From Centroscyllium fabricii (lineage: Eukaryota), in contig JBNRSN020000008.1 in the NCBI GenBank assembly GCA_051313645.2, forward strand, positions 121,706,001 through 121,770,000: DNA of 64,000 bases, read 5' to 3'. The translations under genes were made by a program, and so were the position numbers. This document shows positions 24,102-36,792 of this stretch, in pieces (positions within the stretch are counted from its first letter, which is position 1; each line of letters begins with the position of its first letter). The notes below the pieces were generated by a model. The model ran no database searches. It worked only from the letters and a program-made list of their open reading frames with translations, and was not told the origin of the DNA.

Positions 24102-24122
24102 CCCAACAACATGAACTGCCTA
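24102..24122 (+). promoter_or_regulatory. miR-196 target site in HoxD8 3'UTR
   Basis: CCCAACAACATGAACTGCCTA versus the reverse complement of miR-196a CCCAACAACATGAAACTACCTA: one G:U and one bulged nt. Confidence 0.9.
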
Positions 24123-24354
24123 ATAGAACGGATTATTTGGAATGTAATGCGAACACACTTAATTAATGATAGAAAAAAAGGTGCACTTGCGATGTGTCTT
24201 AATTACTGTGCGTGTAAACTAATTGGTGTATTGCGGCTGGAAATTCTCAACCATTAACTATTCTCCGATACGCATATTATAAACACAAGCAAAAAAAATA
24301 CAAGGTATTCCGCAGCAATAGTCACTTTTTATGATGGTCGAATGTGATTAAATT

Positions 24355-24360
24355 AATAAA
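24355..24360 (+). terminator. Candidate HoxD8 polyadenylation signal
   Basis: AATAAA followed by a GT/T-rich tract, downstream of the miR-196 site. Confidence 0.5.
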
Positions 24361-24732
24361 TGTTGATTCAATTTAACTGTGTACTTGTTTCATTTTACGA
24401 CCAGTATCACAAAGAAAATAAAAGTAATTCATTTGATATAAAATCACTGTGCTCTTATTGAAATAGCTGAGATCGCGGATCACTATTTTGCCAGCGATTT
24501 GTGGCTGTTTCGAGTATTTTCTGTAAGGTTAAATCAGATGTATTTTAATATTGTTTGTCTATCCCTGTGGCCAGAAGGTGTACGTCTGCCATACAGCACC
24601 GCAACTCTGTTCGTTCGATGCAAAAGCCCGAAGATGGCGTAATTCTTTATATGTAGTTATAAAAGTTAATGATATGGCTGATGATTAGAATATTAGTTTA
24701 TCTATGCCCCAAGTTAAATGTCTTTCGAGTGA

Positions 24733-24930
24733 CCATTGGCTAGTCAGATCACATGCCTGGTTCATGTGTGGCTAAAACGACGCTGTAAAAGCTAGTGGTT
24801 GGTGTTAAACTGCGGTCTACTGTACACGTATATCAACAAATCTCGTAAAACCGACAATAAAAGTTCTAGTACTACAAATCACTCGGCAAACTGTGGACTT
24901 CTGGGTTCCAATTTATTCTTTTCTGGTTTA
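24733..24930 (+). pseudogene. HoxD7 remnant: promoter, 5'UTR and decayed start of exon 1
   Basis: CCATTGGC + CACATG promoter pair, then TATATCAAcaAATCTCGTAAAACCGACAaTAAAA...CTACAAATCActCGGCAAAcT, matching the recalled HOXB7 5'UTR. GTG at 24893 stands where the ATG should be. Confidence 0.75.
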
Positions 24931-27429
24931 AAGGCTGAGGAGGGAAGCAGAATCTTCAGTGGTCGAAGTAACCGTCTGCCTTCCATTAAACTTTACTTAA
25001 GCAGCGATCAAGCCACATCTAAACTTCAACAGGATCAGTGGGCAGATAAACCCTAACCATCGGAACTGGCAATGTTCTATCTCCGCCTTTCCTTTGCGCA
25101 CGATGATAAGCATAAATAAATAAAAAATATTGATAAGAACAAACAGGAAACAATTAGAAAAAAAAGCAAACATGTACTTCAAATGTTGTGCAAACAATCA
25201 AAAACGCGCGATTATTTGAAGAACTAAAGATAACAGTATACATTTTACCAGCGGACTCCAGAATCCACTCTGATAACACAGCCATGATATTAAGATCTCT
25301 GATTTACGAAACAATTTCAGACTTGTAGTCGAATATAATAGTATATTACATAACTAGGCGTCATATTCTGACAATGTCCTCATTCCATCAGGTATAGTTT
25401 CCCATTTGAAGTGCCAATCGACTAACTCAGACGAACAACAGCGAAGTTTGAAAACTCCAGTTTTGTCAGACTTTAAAGTGTCTAATTTATGTATCCTAAT
25501 TCGATGGCATCATACTTTATTTTAATACAAATACATTCTGCGAAATGTATTGTAAATCACAAGGGCGCCCAACTATAACGTAGATTAATACTTTCAGAGA
25601 ATAAATCAACTATAAGTAAAGTAATATCAGGGTTTTATTTTTGAAATTGCATTCTCGTGCCGGGGAGTGGTCTTTTCACTAACTTTTAATCGTTTTTCAC
25701 AAGCCTCCCTTGCTTTTTAACCAGATGGGCTTTTTTTCCAATGTGATACGTAATCTGTGCTCCTTTTTGGAAAGAACACTTATTTCTAAATTTCATCAAA
25801 TCTGTTACACAAAGTTCTAAACCAAAGAATGAAATAGATTAAAATTTGTTTTTGCATCCACTGCCATTTACAAATTCGACTATCAATTATGGGTCTTTGC
25901 CGCAGTCGCGGTCACCAAGGTGCTGCACAATTATGGCCGAGCCTTATCGATGGTCTTATTAGATTATAGGAATGGCAAGCCCCTCCGTGCTTTCACCGAA
26001 GGAATGGTGGACACAATGAAGAGGCTTTTTGGTGGAATCAGTCCTTTGACGTGGGCATTAAGCGTCATACTTGCATAGATTTTAGCAGACAATGTAGATC
26101 ATAACTTGCCAGAAATGCTGCGACATGCATTAAAAAATGCTCCTTATGAATCCTGGTAAAAGATTTCTCTGGGTTTTTGAAGCCCGTTCGTTTTTTTTTC
26201 TCTAATCAAACCTCTGCCGAAATCCCTCCACCCTCACCCCAGAAAAACATCTTTCGGAACCAGAGTATGGATAACTTATAAGGTTTAACGTTTTATTCAT
26301 ATTGTATTTTATTTTTGGTCTAACGTTTCCAGAAGTTTATCGTTATCATAAAGGAAGTTTGAGAAATCGGCGCTTAGACATGTATATTTCAAGCAGGCGG
26401 TTCTGCATTTTCCCCGTAAGATCACTTCAAAGCATTGGACCAGAGACAGACAACTGTTATGCTTTCTCCAGAGTTAAATCCGCGGGAAATATGGGGTTAA
26501 GTAGAAAGTTCGAATATCAAATATCTACCAGCCATCATCGTTTTTTCCTAATGAATGAGGTTCCTGTGAATTTAACATTAGTGGCCGAGCCCGCTCGCTG
26601 CTGGTAAAGGGAATCACCAAAAAACCGATTCTAACCATTTACACTTTCATTCATGCTGAATATATTTACCCACCGTCGAAGCTATTTTATCCATTTAACC
26701 CAATTCTTATTGACTACTGAGATGTGTTGTTATTTTACTTTATAGGGTAATTTTCTCCCCATCACTGGAAACACGAGGAGTATAATGCAACGTTCCATTG
26801 TGATTAGAAATTGAGGTACAATGTGTAACCAGATAGCTAGATTTGCTGATCGTTAACTTCCAGTTTCTCACCTGTGTAGAATGCACCACGGAACATTTAT
26901 AATAAGCTGACACATTGCTTTTATTATTGATTGTTACTTGAAGGAAGGCAACCGCCGTTGTTTTGATATTTCTTCAGTAGCCAAACACGCTTCAGGTTCG
27001 TTTGTTTCGATTCTTAACTCGGCTATGTCGGATGGTCTCAGAACATCACGTCAAAACAAAACGAATAGGCTGCCTGATTCATAATTGGCAACATTAGATA
27101 TTGTGATCGTTGCACGTTTAATTATTTGTAGAACTAGTTTTTAAACGTACTTGACGTATTTAAAACATGAACTAAAAAAGTATAGATTTTGAAACACAGT
27201 GTAGGGGTTTGATTGGTGCACTGTGAAATGTCCACTGCAGTGGAAAGATTTCCCTTTATGTTTATGCTGTTGCTGCACTTCCGCCTGTATAGTTGGTTAA
27301 GGCGTTCGTTACAATACACATTACAGCAAATCGCTGCAGCAAAGAACTCGTTAAAGGAAACATGGCGCTTGCGAGCTGCACTTGCGAAATCCGCAAGGAA
27401 TTGCTGCGAATTCCTTTTTGTTTGAAGAA

Positions 27430-27565
27430 AATTTACAACTTTGTAATGGACCTTTTACGACGGAGACGACGCTCCTACTGGTTGGCTTTGGTCATGTGAC
27501 TCTAGTAACTGCGTTCATGGCCTTTTCATGATTTCCCTTGTGAATATTTCACTGCATTCCGCTGC
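27430..27565 (+). promoter_or_regulatory. Conserved Hox8/7-6 intergenic element / orphan promoter
   Basis: AATTTACAACTTTGTAATGGACCTTTTACGAC (Hox/Cdx sites), GGTTGGC and the GGTCATGTG E-box, with no adjacent coding gene. Position matches the four-cluster sequence described between groups 8/7 and 6. Confidence 0.6.
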
Positions 27566-30110
27566 TAACTCCTCTCAAACCGTCTTTTCTGTCAGTATCT
27601 CCCCTAGCCTGCTTTTGTCGTTGGTATTTGGCGCCAGCTGCTTGCAAAAAAGGACACTTTCCGCTGTATTCGCGGTGTTCAGTCCTTTTCTGTCCAACTA
27701 TGAGGAAGTCATTCGACTCATGCTGGGATTTAGCAACCTGATCACCCTCACAGACCTCTGCCGTCTGCTAACAGTCTTTCATTTACCCTTCAATTCGCTT
27801 TACCTTTTTTAAGTTATTTTATAAATCAATCGATTACAAATGGAATACAACATCCACCTGGTTGCTATTCTGGGGAAGCGCCCTGAGAGCGGTAAGTGCT
27901 GTCCTTTCCCCCGCTCTGTTGTTGCAGATAGCACTGTTGTACATAGGAGGGGACGGCGTTGGATTCGTTGGTTGGGGGTCTCGGCAGCTGTTTTGGAGGT
28001 CGAGGAGTGTTCGACATAAGTGAACAAACAACAAGATTGATTTTAAAACGGCACATTCTACCGAGTGAATTCAAATGGTGGCTCTGGTGCAGATTAATTA
28101 AATATTTGTTTTCCGCAATAAGACGGGGAGTTGCGATTCGTGTCTATTTTTGATATGAAAGCTTCGCCACAAGGCAGCTGACATTTGTGCCTGTGACTCG
28201 CAGTGGAGAGCAATCGGATTGCGCAATTTACTGGTGGGACGATTATAATAATAATAATTACAAGTAGCGCTACTGTTGCTGTTATTTTGCGGGAGTGATG
28301 CCCGGTGATTGCCGCTTTTACTCTGTTTTCGCAGATGTGTGGTTTTCCACGTTATTTGGCATATTACAGATGCGGACATTAGTTGAACTCTTTTGCGCAG
28401 TCCAAGGAAATGCTGTAGTGACGAATGATACCCGTTGTGCTAATGATCCTAATAATTCCATGCAGTAATCGTTAGCTTTAGAAACCCCACGAAATTATCA
28501 GACTTTTAGGGAAATGTTTGGCGAACATCTTAATGATATTTCACCACGTGACAGCACTTTGCACAAATGAGAGGCGCCCTTACAGTAATTATCCTGCAGT
28601 CGATATCAGACTTGTGGTTTCAATATGATGGCAATGAGTGGGGATTCAGTAGATGTTTGTAACACTGCGCTCTTTGTCATAGCTGTAAATAGAATCAGTT
28701 CGTCCATCTGATGATTTATTTCCTGCAACAAGTTGTAACCAATTTGGATTGGATAGTTTATAAAAACCATAAGGTCTGCATCCTGGGAAATGTCTTTAAT
28801 TTGGTACAAGCAGCCCCCCAACCCCACCTTAGTGCTTTCACAATGTAAAGCAGAGCAATCACTAGAAAAAACACCGCGCTCCTGTATTTCCCCTGTCACT
28901 TATTCTCAATATTAACTATTTAATTGCAACAGCTTGCTGCGGAAATATGCGCAGAACAATGACATGCGAGTTAGCAAGAGATGAATTTATCAATAAATAT
29001 GTCTATCATTGTTATATTTTTTTTCAAGGCAGTTGCTTGTATTTCCGGGGATTAAGTACTCGGAGAGGATTGTTCATGATTTGTCTCACTTAACATCAGA
29101 GTTGAATAAGGGAGTTTCTAATTGCATCCACTTGAAATGAATTGTCATGTTTGGCATTTGACTATAAACTGGTTCGTCCTTCGGTCTCCAGATTATTTAC
29201 TGGAAGCAGATAAAATGACAATGCATTAGTTTGATAATCCGTATGGCGTATAATTATAGTGATGTTAATTCGCTATTAGCATCTGGTATATATTTGCAAA
29301 TGAAGACTGATTTGAAAACCGTCGATCTGCATGTACCTGTATCTATCGCGCAGACCAACAGGTACCTTGTCGAAATGAAACTCGGGCTGCAAAAAGTAAG
29401 GTCACAAAGTGTTCCTGGAACCAAATAAATGTTTAATGATATCGTAACATGTGTAACCAAGTCATAATTATTCTTTATCATATCGTAAATATTTCGATAT
29501 CAGCTGTCTATTTTAGACAAGGTCTACAAACAGAAATGTATCGATACTCTATTTATATCAGATTGAAGAATCTGAAGTCCATAGTGCTATTTTCTCTATT
29601 GAGAAAGCAGTTGAATTTTCACCTCAGTTTTCACGCAGCAATTGTCATTAATTGGGTAACAGTGTGTTTTCATATAATCTTCAATGCATCGTCTGGGTTC
29701 ACTACAATAATTCTTATGCAGATATTATTAATTAAACTCTTTTCGTCTCAGTTAAAACAACAAACGAGATAAATATTTATTTTCGATATATTTTTAGATA
29801 AACTAAAGCTGGTTAGCGGGAGTTCTGCGATAGCTACACTGCGCTTTTTAGAATACAATAAAAAGCTGACTTGTGATTTCCTAGATGTTTTCTTCTTGAC
29901 AAGACATAATTTAATATAAACACATTCAAAATAAAACTGAATCGAAAAAACAAATTACAAATATAATAATCAGAAAACGCATATTTGTAAATCTCAATGC
30001 CAGTGACAATCTTTAAGGTCGAACTATCTCATTTATGTTCTTCAAGATCACGTAGTCCGTATTTTTGCTAAAAGTACTAAAATGCTTAACAGGGACACGA
30101 CTGTATGTTT

Positions 30111-30390
30111 NNNNNNNNNNNNNNNNNNNNNNNNNNNNNNNNNNNNNNNNNNNNNNNNNNNNNNNNNNNNNNNNNNNNNNNNNNNNNNNNNNNNNNNNNN
30201 NNNNNNNNNNNNNNNNNNNNNNNNNNNNNNNNNNNNNNNNNNNNNNNNNNNNNNNNNNNNNNNNNNNNNNNNNNNNNNNNNNNNNNNNNNNNNNNNNNNN
30301 NNNNNNNNNNNNNNNNNNNNNNNNNNNNNNNNNNNNNNNNNNNNNNNNNNNNNNNNNNNNNNNNNNNNNNNNNNNNNNNNNNNNNNNNNN
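30111..30390. other. Assembly gap (280 N)
   Basis: Run of N. Confidence 1.
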
Positions 30391-30570
30391 TGGGTGTGAG
30401 TGTGTGAGTATGTTTGTGTGTGGGTGTGTTTGTGTGTGGGTGTGTGTGTGGGTGTGTTTGTGTGTGGGTGTGTGTGTGTGAGTGTGTGAGTATGTTTATG
30501 TGTGGGTGTGTGAGTGTGTTTGTGTGTGGGTGTGTGTGTGTGAGTGTGTTTGTGTGTGGGTGTGTGTGTG
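30391..30570. repeat. Compound (GT)n microsatellite/minisatellite
   Basis: GT repeats interrupted periodically by GGGT, GAGT and GTTT, abutting the gap. Confidence 0.95.
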
Positions 30571-33500
30571 CTGATCTACAGCCAATATCCAGCGGTCTAT
30601 TTGGAAGCTTAACTCTGGCGTTACTGACAATACACATTCTACACCGACAATACGCATTTTTCATTTCCAAAGTATTTCACTATAACAATAGCAAAATATT
30701 ATAATTAACCATTTAATGGAAACATCTTTTCAATTAACATCTGTCAAAAGTTAATCTGATCGCCAACAACGTTTAGCACTTCTGAATTAATAACGCTGCT
30801 TCTCGCATCTTTTTAACATAAATTTGTAAATATAAACAATTCATAATCCAGCACTCCCCATCAGATTGAATCTGGAGTTTAACGGGAATAATCCATTGCG
30901 ATTCCAGAGGCGGCTCACTCCTCACAGGGTTGACAAACAAACGTATTTCCAGACCGCGATCTTCTCCTGAATTTATTACAAGGGCGAGCACACTGTAAGG
31001 TGAAAATCAACAAAACATGAATTGGTATGTGCTGCACGCAATGATCTGCTCATTTCACAGTGTGGACATGATCCACAATCGCGTCCAGTGTAAGAGTAAA
31101 ATGTTTAATTACTGGCCGTTCTGTTTCAAAAGTTTCAGGGTTACAAAGGGGCAGTAGCCTGGAAAATATATATTTTTTATATTCGCTCCACTCAGCACTA
31201 GAAACCATACTATTCAATCGGGTGCTCTATAAGAGCGGCCTGATTTGTTAGTACAAGACAAAGACAATATTTCTTCCACCGACTGTCAGGCGGCTGCGGC
31301 AAGGTTAGATTTACGAGCGTTAGACAGAATCAGTTGGACTGTGTAGCGACTACGTTCTTAGCTCAAAATTACAAGGGAGGCACACAAATCAAAGTTCACA
31401 AAGGACAACTAAAACCAAACCCTATATTATGGCATTTTATCTCAAATATACTTGCTAAAATATTACATTTTCTTGTACTTAAGATTAACGAATCGCACGC
31501 TATAAGTTGTAGTACATGATGTGGTATCTCGAATCACTACACTTTCAATCGAGGCCTACACTGAAACTGTCATCCCGAAACCATCCCAATAACTCGGAAC
31601 TATGCAGTTTTACGGTTGCCGTTCTAACTCTCGCGCGGAAAACGGTGGACGTTGGGCCCTGGTTATACAGTTCCTGACTGAATGCTATTTTCTTTGGAAT
31701 ATGCTTGGGCTTGAATTATTTTGCAATACTTTAGCGCTCCTGTTCTTAAATAATCCGGTGATAAGCACCAGGCAAAGGAACACACATGCCTCGACTGTAC
31801 AACGCTACGAGACGACGCAGTAAACACTGTAAAAATATTTCTGCCATATTGTATAAATCAAATATTGTTTCGTATGAAAAACCAAGTGTGTGGGGGGTGG
31901 GGCAGCCAAATAACCGAAGAATCCTATTTTATTGCTTAATAATTCACTTACACAAGTAGTTATGGGAACATCCATTTGTATTTCCATAAAAAGAAACAGC
32001 AACATATAAATGTAATCCACATGTGTTAAATATTACTGCCATTACAGGTGGACTTTTGTAAAGTTCTTCAGGCCCGAATTGCTGCAGTGGCTTTTTGACA
32101 TCATCACCCCTCTCTGAATTGCGCCATTCCGGAGCAGTTTCTAGGATTTATAATCTGCCTATTAATCAAAACGGAAAAGACAAATGCTTTTTTCAAATAT
32201 TACATTTATTGCCCTCACAGTTTTCCTGCATTTCTAGCCAGATCGAACTGGTTCGATTTGTTTAAAGTAGAATACAGCACCGCGAAACTATCCCTGCACA
32301 GAAAGACACCGGACCAAAGGTGCAGTCTCTGCAATCTGCACCGTTCGTTTTCGAAAATTGTATATATTTGACGAAGACTCCCTTTCGGTACGGATTAATT
32401 CAATGGTCTCAGCTTGTATATTGGAGTCTACATCAGACCTCAGAGGCTTATGAAAATACCACCACCCGCCATAATGTAAAATGTAGATTGTACAAGGGAA
32501 AATGCAATAAAGGTCACAAAGAATTGCATAATGAAAATAAAAGTAAGTGTATAACACACGTCTGCTTAGCGTTTCTGTATGTTGTTCTGTCGCGACTGGT
32601 GTCGGCGTCAATTTAACCAGTCACGAAGTAACATATAGTGTTAATCCTTTCTTAAACCAGTACCTGATGACAACAGAAAACAAGTACTTTATGTAGAGTC
32701 CTAACTTTAGTGGGCAAGGGACACTAAAAGACGGGCCACGTATTTGCAAATAAAAGTTAATGGGAAACTTTGTAAAGCCGGTTTTTAATGCACAATCTGT
32801 AAAGATATCTAACTAATGCGCAGTGTTCTACGAAAACAACACATTCCAATCACTCTAGTGCCACGGGCAGTGTGTGTAAGTGCGGAGAGGGTTGCCTGTG
32901 AACCGCATATTTCAGTTTTTCGATCAAAATAATTTTCACGGCGTCGTTTCCCACAAGAAAAAAATCTCAAAATCCCAACCCGCTTGAGCAAAAATCGCAA
33001 TCTGATTTTTTCAGTAGTAATAATTACTGCAAATATTTATAATTTATTTCCATCAAGCAATTCGCCAAGAACCAAATTATTTATTTGCAGTAAACATCAA
33101 ACTACGGGGTCAAGTATACAGGTCATACGAAAGAAAGGTGTTCTAATTCAACTGATTAAGAAAAGAGATGTTAATTGTCCTACAAAATATGTTGAATTAT
33201 TGTGCTACAATTTTACATAATGAAAGCATCGCATAAAACTTAAAGGCTCTATGTAGTTGTATAGAACACGTCAACATATAATTCTGCCAAGCACTTTACA
33301 CCTGTACTGTACACGAGCCAATACACTAATAAAATCACTAAACAGGATTTTTGTATTTACAGAAACATTTTGCGTGTGTTCTCCAATACATGTCGACAGA
33401 TACATAATGCATAATTTCGGATAACAGCAAGCAGTTTTCATAACTAACAATTCTCTTAACTTAAAGCTTGAACCATTAAAAAAATGAACACATTCCGAAG

Positions 33501-33578
33501 AAACCGTAGCAAACCGTGTATACGTCAAAGCCTCTGTCGATTTTGCTATGTTGATTATGGGCTTGGTTTTCTCCATGG

Positions 33579-33597
33579 TTGCCAGCAGGAGGCGCTG
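33579..33597 (+). promoter_or_regulatory. CTCF binding site (group 5|6 boundary position)
   Basis: TTGCCAGCAGGAGGCGCTG fits CCASYAGRKGGCRS with one mismatch, about 250 bp upstream of the HoxD5 ATG. Confidence 0.7.
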
Positions 33598-33666
33598 TAG
33601 GACAAGGCTCGCTAAATCACAGCAAGTGTTCTCGCTGCATGAATTACCCCCAGGGTCAGGCATAAG

Positions 33667-33720
33667 AATTTACGACTGGTCAACAAAAGCACGTGATCTA
33701 AACTTGTGTCCCATATTTGG
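33667..33720 (+). promoter_or_regulatory. HoxD5 proximal promoter
   Basis: AATTTACGACTGGTCAACAAAAGCACGTGAT...CCATATTTGG, the typical Hox5 promoter block (E-box, CArG-like box at 33711-33720). Confidence 0.75.
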
Positions 33721-33840
33721 TTGCATACGTAGGAGGCAGAGAAATGACATGTGCCTTTTATTTCCATATTTCATTATATATCGCGCGGTCTAGTGGCGAA
33801 TAAACGTCTAAGAACCACAAATCAAACCCCTAAAAGGCAG

Positions 33841-34348
33841 ATGAGTTCCTACTTTTTAAACTCCTTCTCAGGTCGCTACCAAAATGGCCACGATTATCAG
33901 TTGCAGAGTTATGGAAATACTGCGTCTGTGGGCGAGCATTTCAGGGAGTCGACGATGCTCTCCGCCAGGTATGGCTATGATTACACCGGGATAGACCTCA
34001 GCATGACTCGCCCTAACTCAAATCTGTGTGGAGACAGTGAAAGGTCTACTAACTACCTGCAAACAGCAAGTAACACCTTTCATAGCTCATCTGGTGTGAG
34101 AACTAAGTCTCCTGATCCTGCCTTCTGCTCGGGATCTTTAATAAGCCCATCAGACAGTGCGATTAAGACGGGGGCTACTATCACAGAGCCCAGTCACTCA
34201 TACAGCGGTAGCCAGGACCCATCGCCGGTTACCGATGAGCATCAAACGGGGACGAACAGCCCCAAACCAGAAGGTGGACAACTAGACAAGGATCCAGCAC
34301 AGCAGATGCAGATATACCCTTGGATGAAAAAGCTCCACCTTAACCAAG
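33841..34348 (+). CDS. hoxd5: Homeobox protein Hox-D5, exon 1
   Basis: [21 protein letters not shown]...[12 protein letters not shown]...[11 protein letters not shown] (paralogue group 5). Donor AAG|GTACG at 34349. Confidence 0.95.
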
Positions 34349-34737
34349 GTACGCTCACAGCCGTCATTCTGCCTTTTGACATACATTTTAATCCTGATCG
34401 AATTAATTTTTAGATAAAGAAACAAAATAACTGAGTAAGCATGATCTAAGTATATAACGACTATTTGTAAAAAGTACAGCAGTTTGAATCCTATCGGAAT
34501 ATAGGGCTGTTGCTTTAAATTATTATAGCAATTATGCCAGGAGCTGTACCATGTTATGCATCTTAACTCTTTCCGTTGAAGTTTAAAATATGTTTAAAAT
34601 ATTTTAACATATGTATCTGAATAAGTAAACATTTTGTTCTAGATATAGACATTATGGCGTATTTGTCTGAAACTGTATGATTTCATACTTTCGTTTGTAT
34701 TGATGCGTGTAGTAATGCATCTTTAACTTTTTCTTAA

Positions 34738-34989
<252 letters not shown>

Positions 34990-35613
34990 CTGGTTTCACC
35001 TAACTGGCTCTAATATTACTATCCAGATGATCTTTTAAGTTGCAATAGGAAAGCTCGCTTGGCCACCTTAAATGCTCCTGTAAGAGACACGTTAAATGCA
35101 AGAGTTGTTCTCGTGTGGGTTCAACGTCTTGTCATCAATTTATAAAGAAAAGAATACAATTTATCAGTTGTCATCAACAGATGTTAAAATCATGTTTTTA
35201 TATATTGATGATAACATCCATGCCTAAATTTAGATCGTAAGAGAAAAAGAGGTCAGCCGACGTAATGTAGCCAAGCAAGCCATTTGTCTCTGAGAACAGA
35301 ATTAAGTTGTGCTGTATATCTGGTTGCTGAACAAACAAATCCTGTGCCGGATTATAGCTTCACTAAGGCTCTAATTTAATAAGATTTTATAAACTTAGAT
35401 AAATATTATTTCTTTCATTCCTTTTTACATCAAAGGTGATTTTTTGTTTGATTATTGCTTGGAATGTTTCTGGCACGAGTGTTGCTGTGGTCCCAGGTGT
35501 ATCTTGTCATGTATATTCTGTACATATATAATGTTTAAATGTCTGCCTTTGTCCCATGTAAATGAAAGAAGTGATGTTTTTGTCTACAACATTGAAATAA
35601 ACCCAGTTTTACC

Positions 35614-35619
35614 AATAAA
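35614..35619 (+). terminator. Candidate HoxD5 polyadenylation signal
   Basis: AATAAA (a second copy at 35595-35600) about 620 nt after the stop. Confidence 0.5.
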
Positions 35620-36571
35620 GATTTCACCTGGTGTTTCAGCTGCAATGGGTGTATAAAGGCCCGAACAATTGGTCACTTGTGAAAGAACCAAATGCCATCT
35701 CACTTTCGCACTTGCCCTCTATTCGTTTGACACCAGAGTTCTCCAAATACTGGTCCCAATGTTTCAGAACTCATAAAAGTTCCTTAGACTGAACCCCCTT
35801 TGAAGGCTTTCTGAATTAAAAAATACTTTTATTATTTTTGGCAAGAACTGTTGGCCGAGCTGATACTTATTCCAATAACTTTTTTAAGAAGAACATGAGT
35901 CATATGTCAGAACCCTCAGCACCTATACTACAGACACTTCATTTTCAAAAGACATTATTTTGATAAACTGTTGTCTAATGGAAGAATAATGCGAGTTTGT
36001 GTTTTTATTAATGGCTATTATCATTATAAATATTCGGGAAAATATATAAATCCATTAGTTAGACTTGATTGGCAGAACTATGGAGCTTATGAACAACTTG
36101 GTATTAGTTTCCATTGCATGGAATAATTTAGCAGGAATAACCGCACGGAGAATGTTTTTGGACCCAGCATTTATGACGAAAGCAGCAGGAAATAAAACTG
36201 TTGAAGCGACAGAAATAGCGAAACAAAATCATAGGAAGCTGTAACTGTTAAAATGAATCCGTGCTTGTATTCTCAATCGAACCATTTCTATTTCACTGTC
36301 GCTCACAAGCTATCGGTCACGTATACATGTCGTGTATTTACACTTACCAAATCTAATAGATCCCCGTGGTTGCATAAGAAATGCCCAGACTGCGTTTTAA
36401 AGTAAAGATAACTTATTCTCCAAGGCACGCGTCCTCTGCGTACTCAGTTGTTTAGCTTTATATTACTGAGAGCACATTTCGATGAACATGGCTGTCTTTA
36501 GTGAATAAAAGTTTTAAAGTTTAAGGGTTATTTATATGGACGCCACAGAGCCAGGTCCTGACTGGCTGTAG

Positions 36572-36792
36572 AGGGGCACGTGATGCCATTAAACTTTGTT
36601 TTATGGTTAGGGGAGTTGACAAGCCAAAATATAATTCACATCATATATTAGGTTAAGAGCAGACAAGTGCAGATGGTTAGTGTTTTCGAGAGGGTCTGTG
36701 GAAAGTGACACCAAGAAGCAAGCTGTCCTGTTCCACCGCTATGGACTGGCAGTGTCCCAGTGACTTCTACCTTTGCGCTGGAAAAGCAGCAA
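36572..36792 (+). promoter_or_regulatory. Distal promoter and putative non-coding first exon between HoxD5 and miR-10b
   Basis: GGCACGTGATGCCATTAAACTTTGTTTTATGG...AGTTGACAAG...AAATATAA (E-box, Cdx, TATA-like), then donor CAA|GTAAGT at 36793. Confidence 0.6.

Noticed and set aside
30065-30704. Long ORFs around the gap
   Set aside because: Artefacts of the N-run and GT microsatellite (CV/HT repeats).
30700-33500. HoxD6 coding remnants
   Set aside because: No MSSYF, YPWM or homeobox-like codons recognisable by eye.
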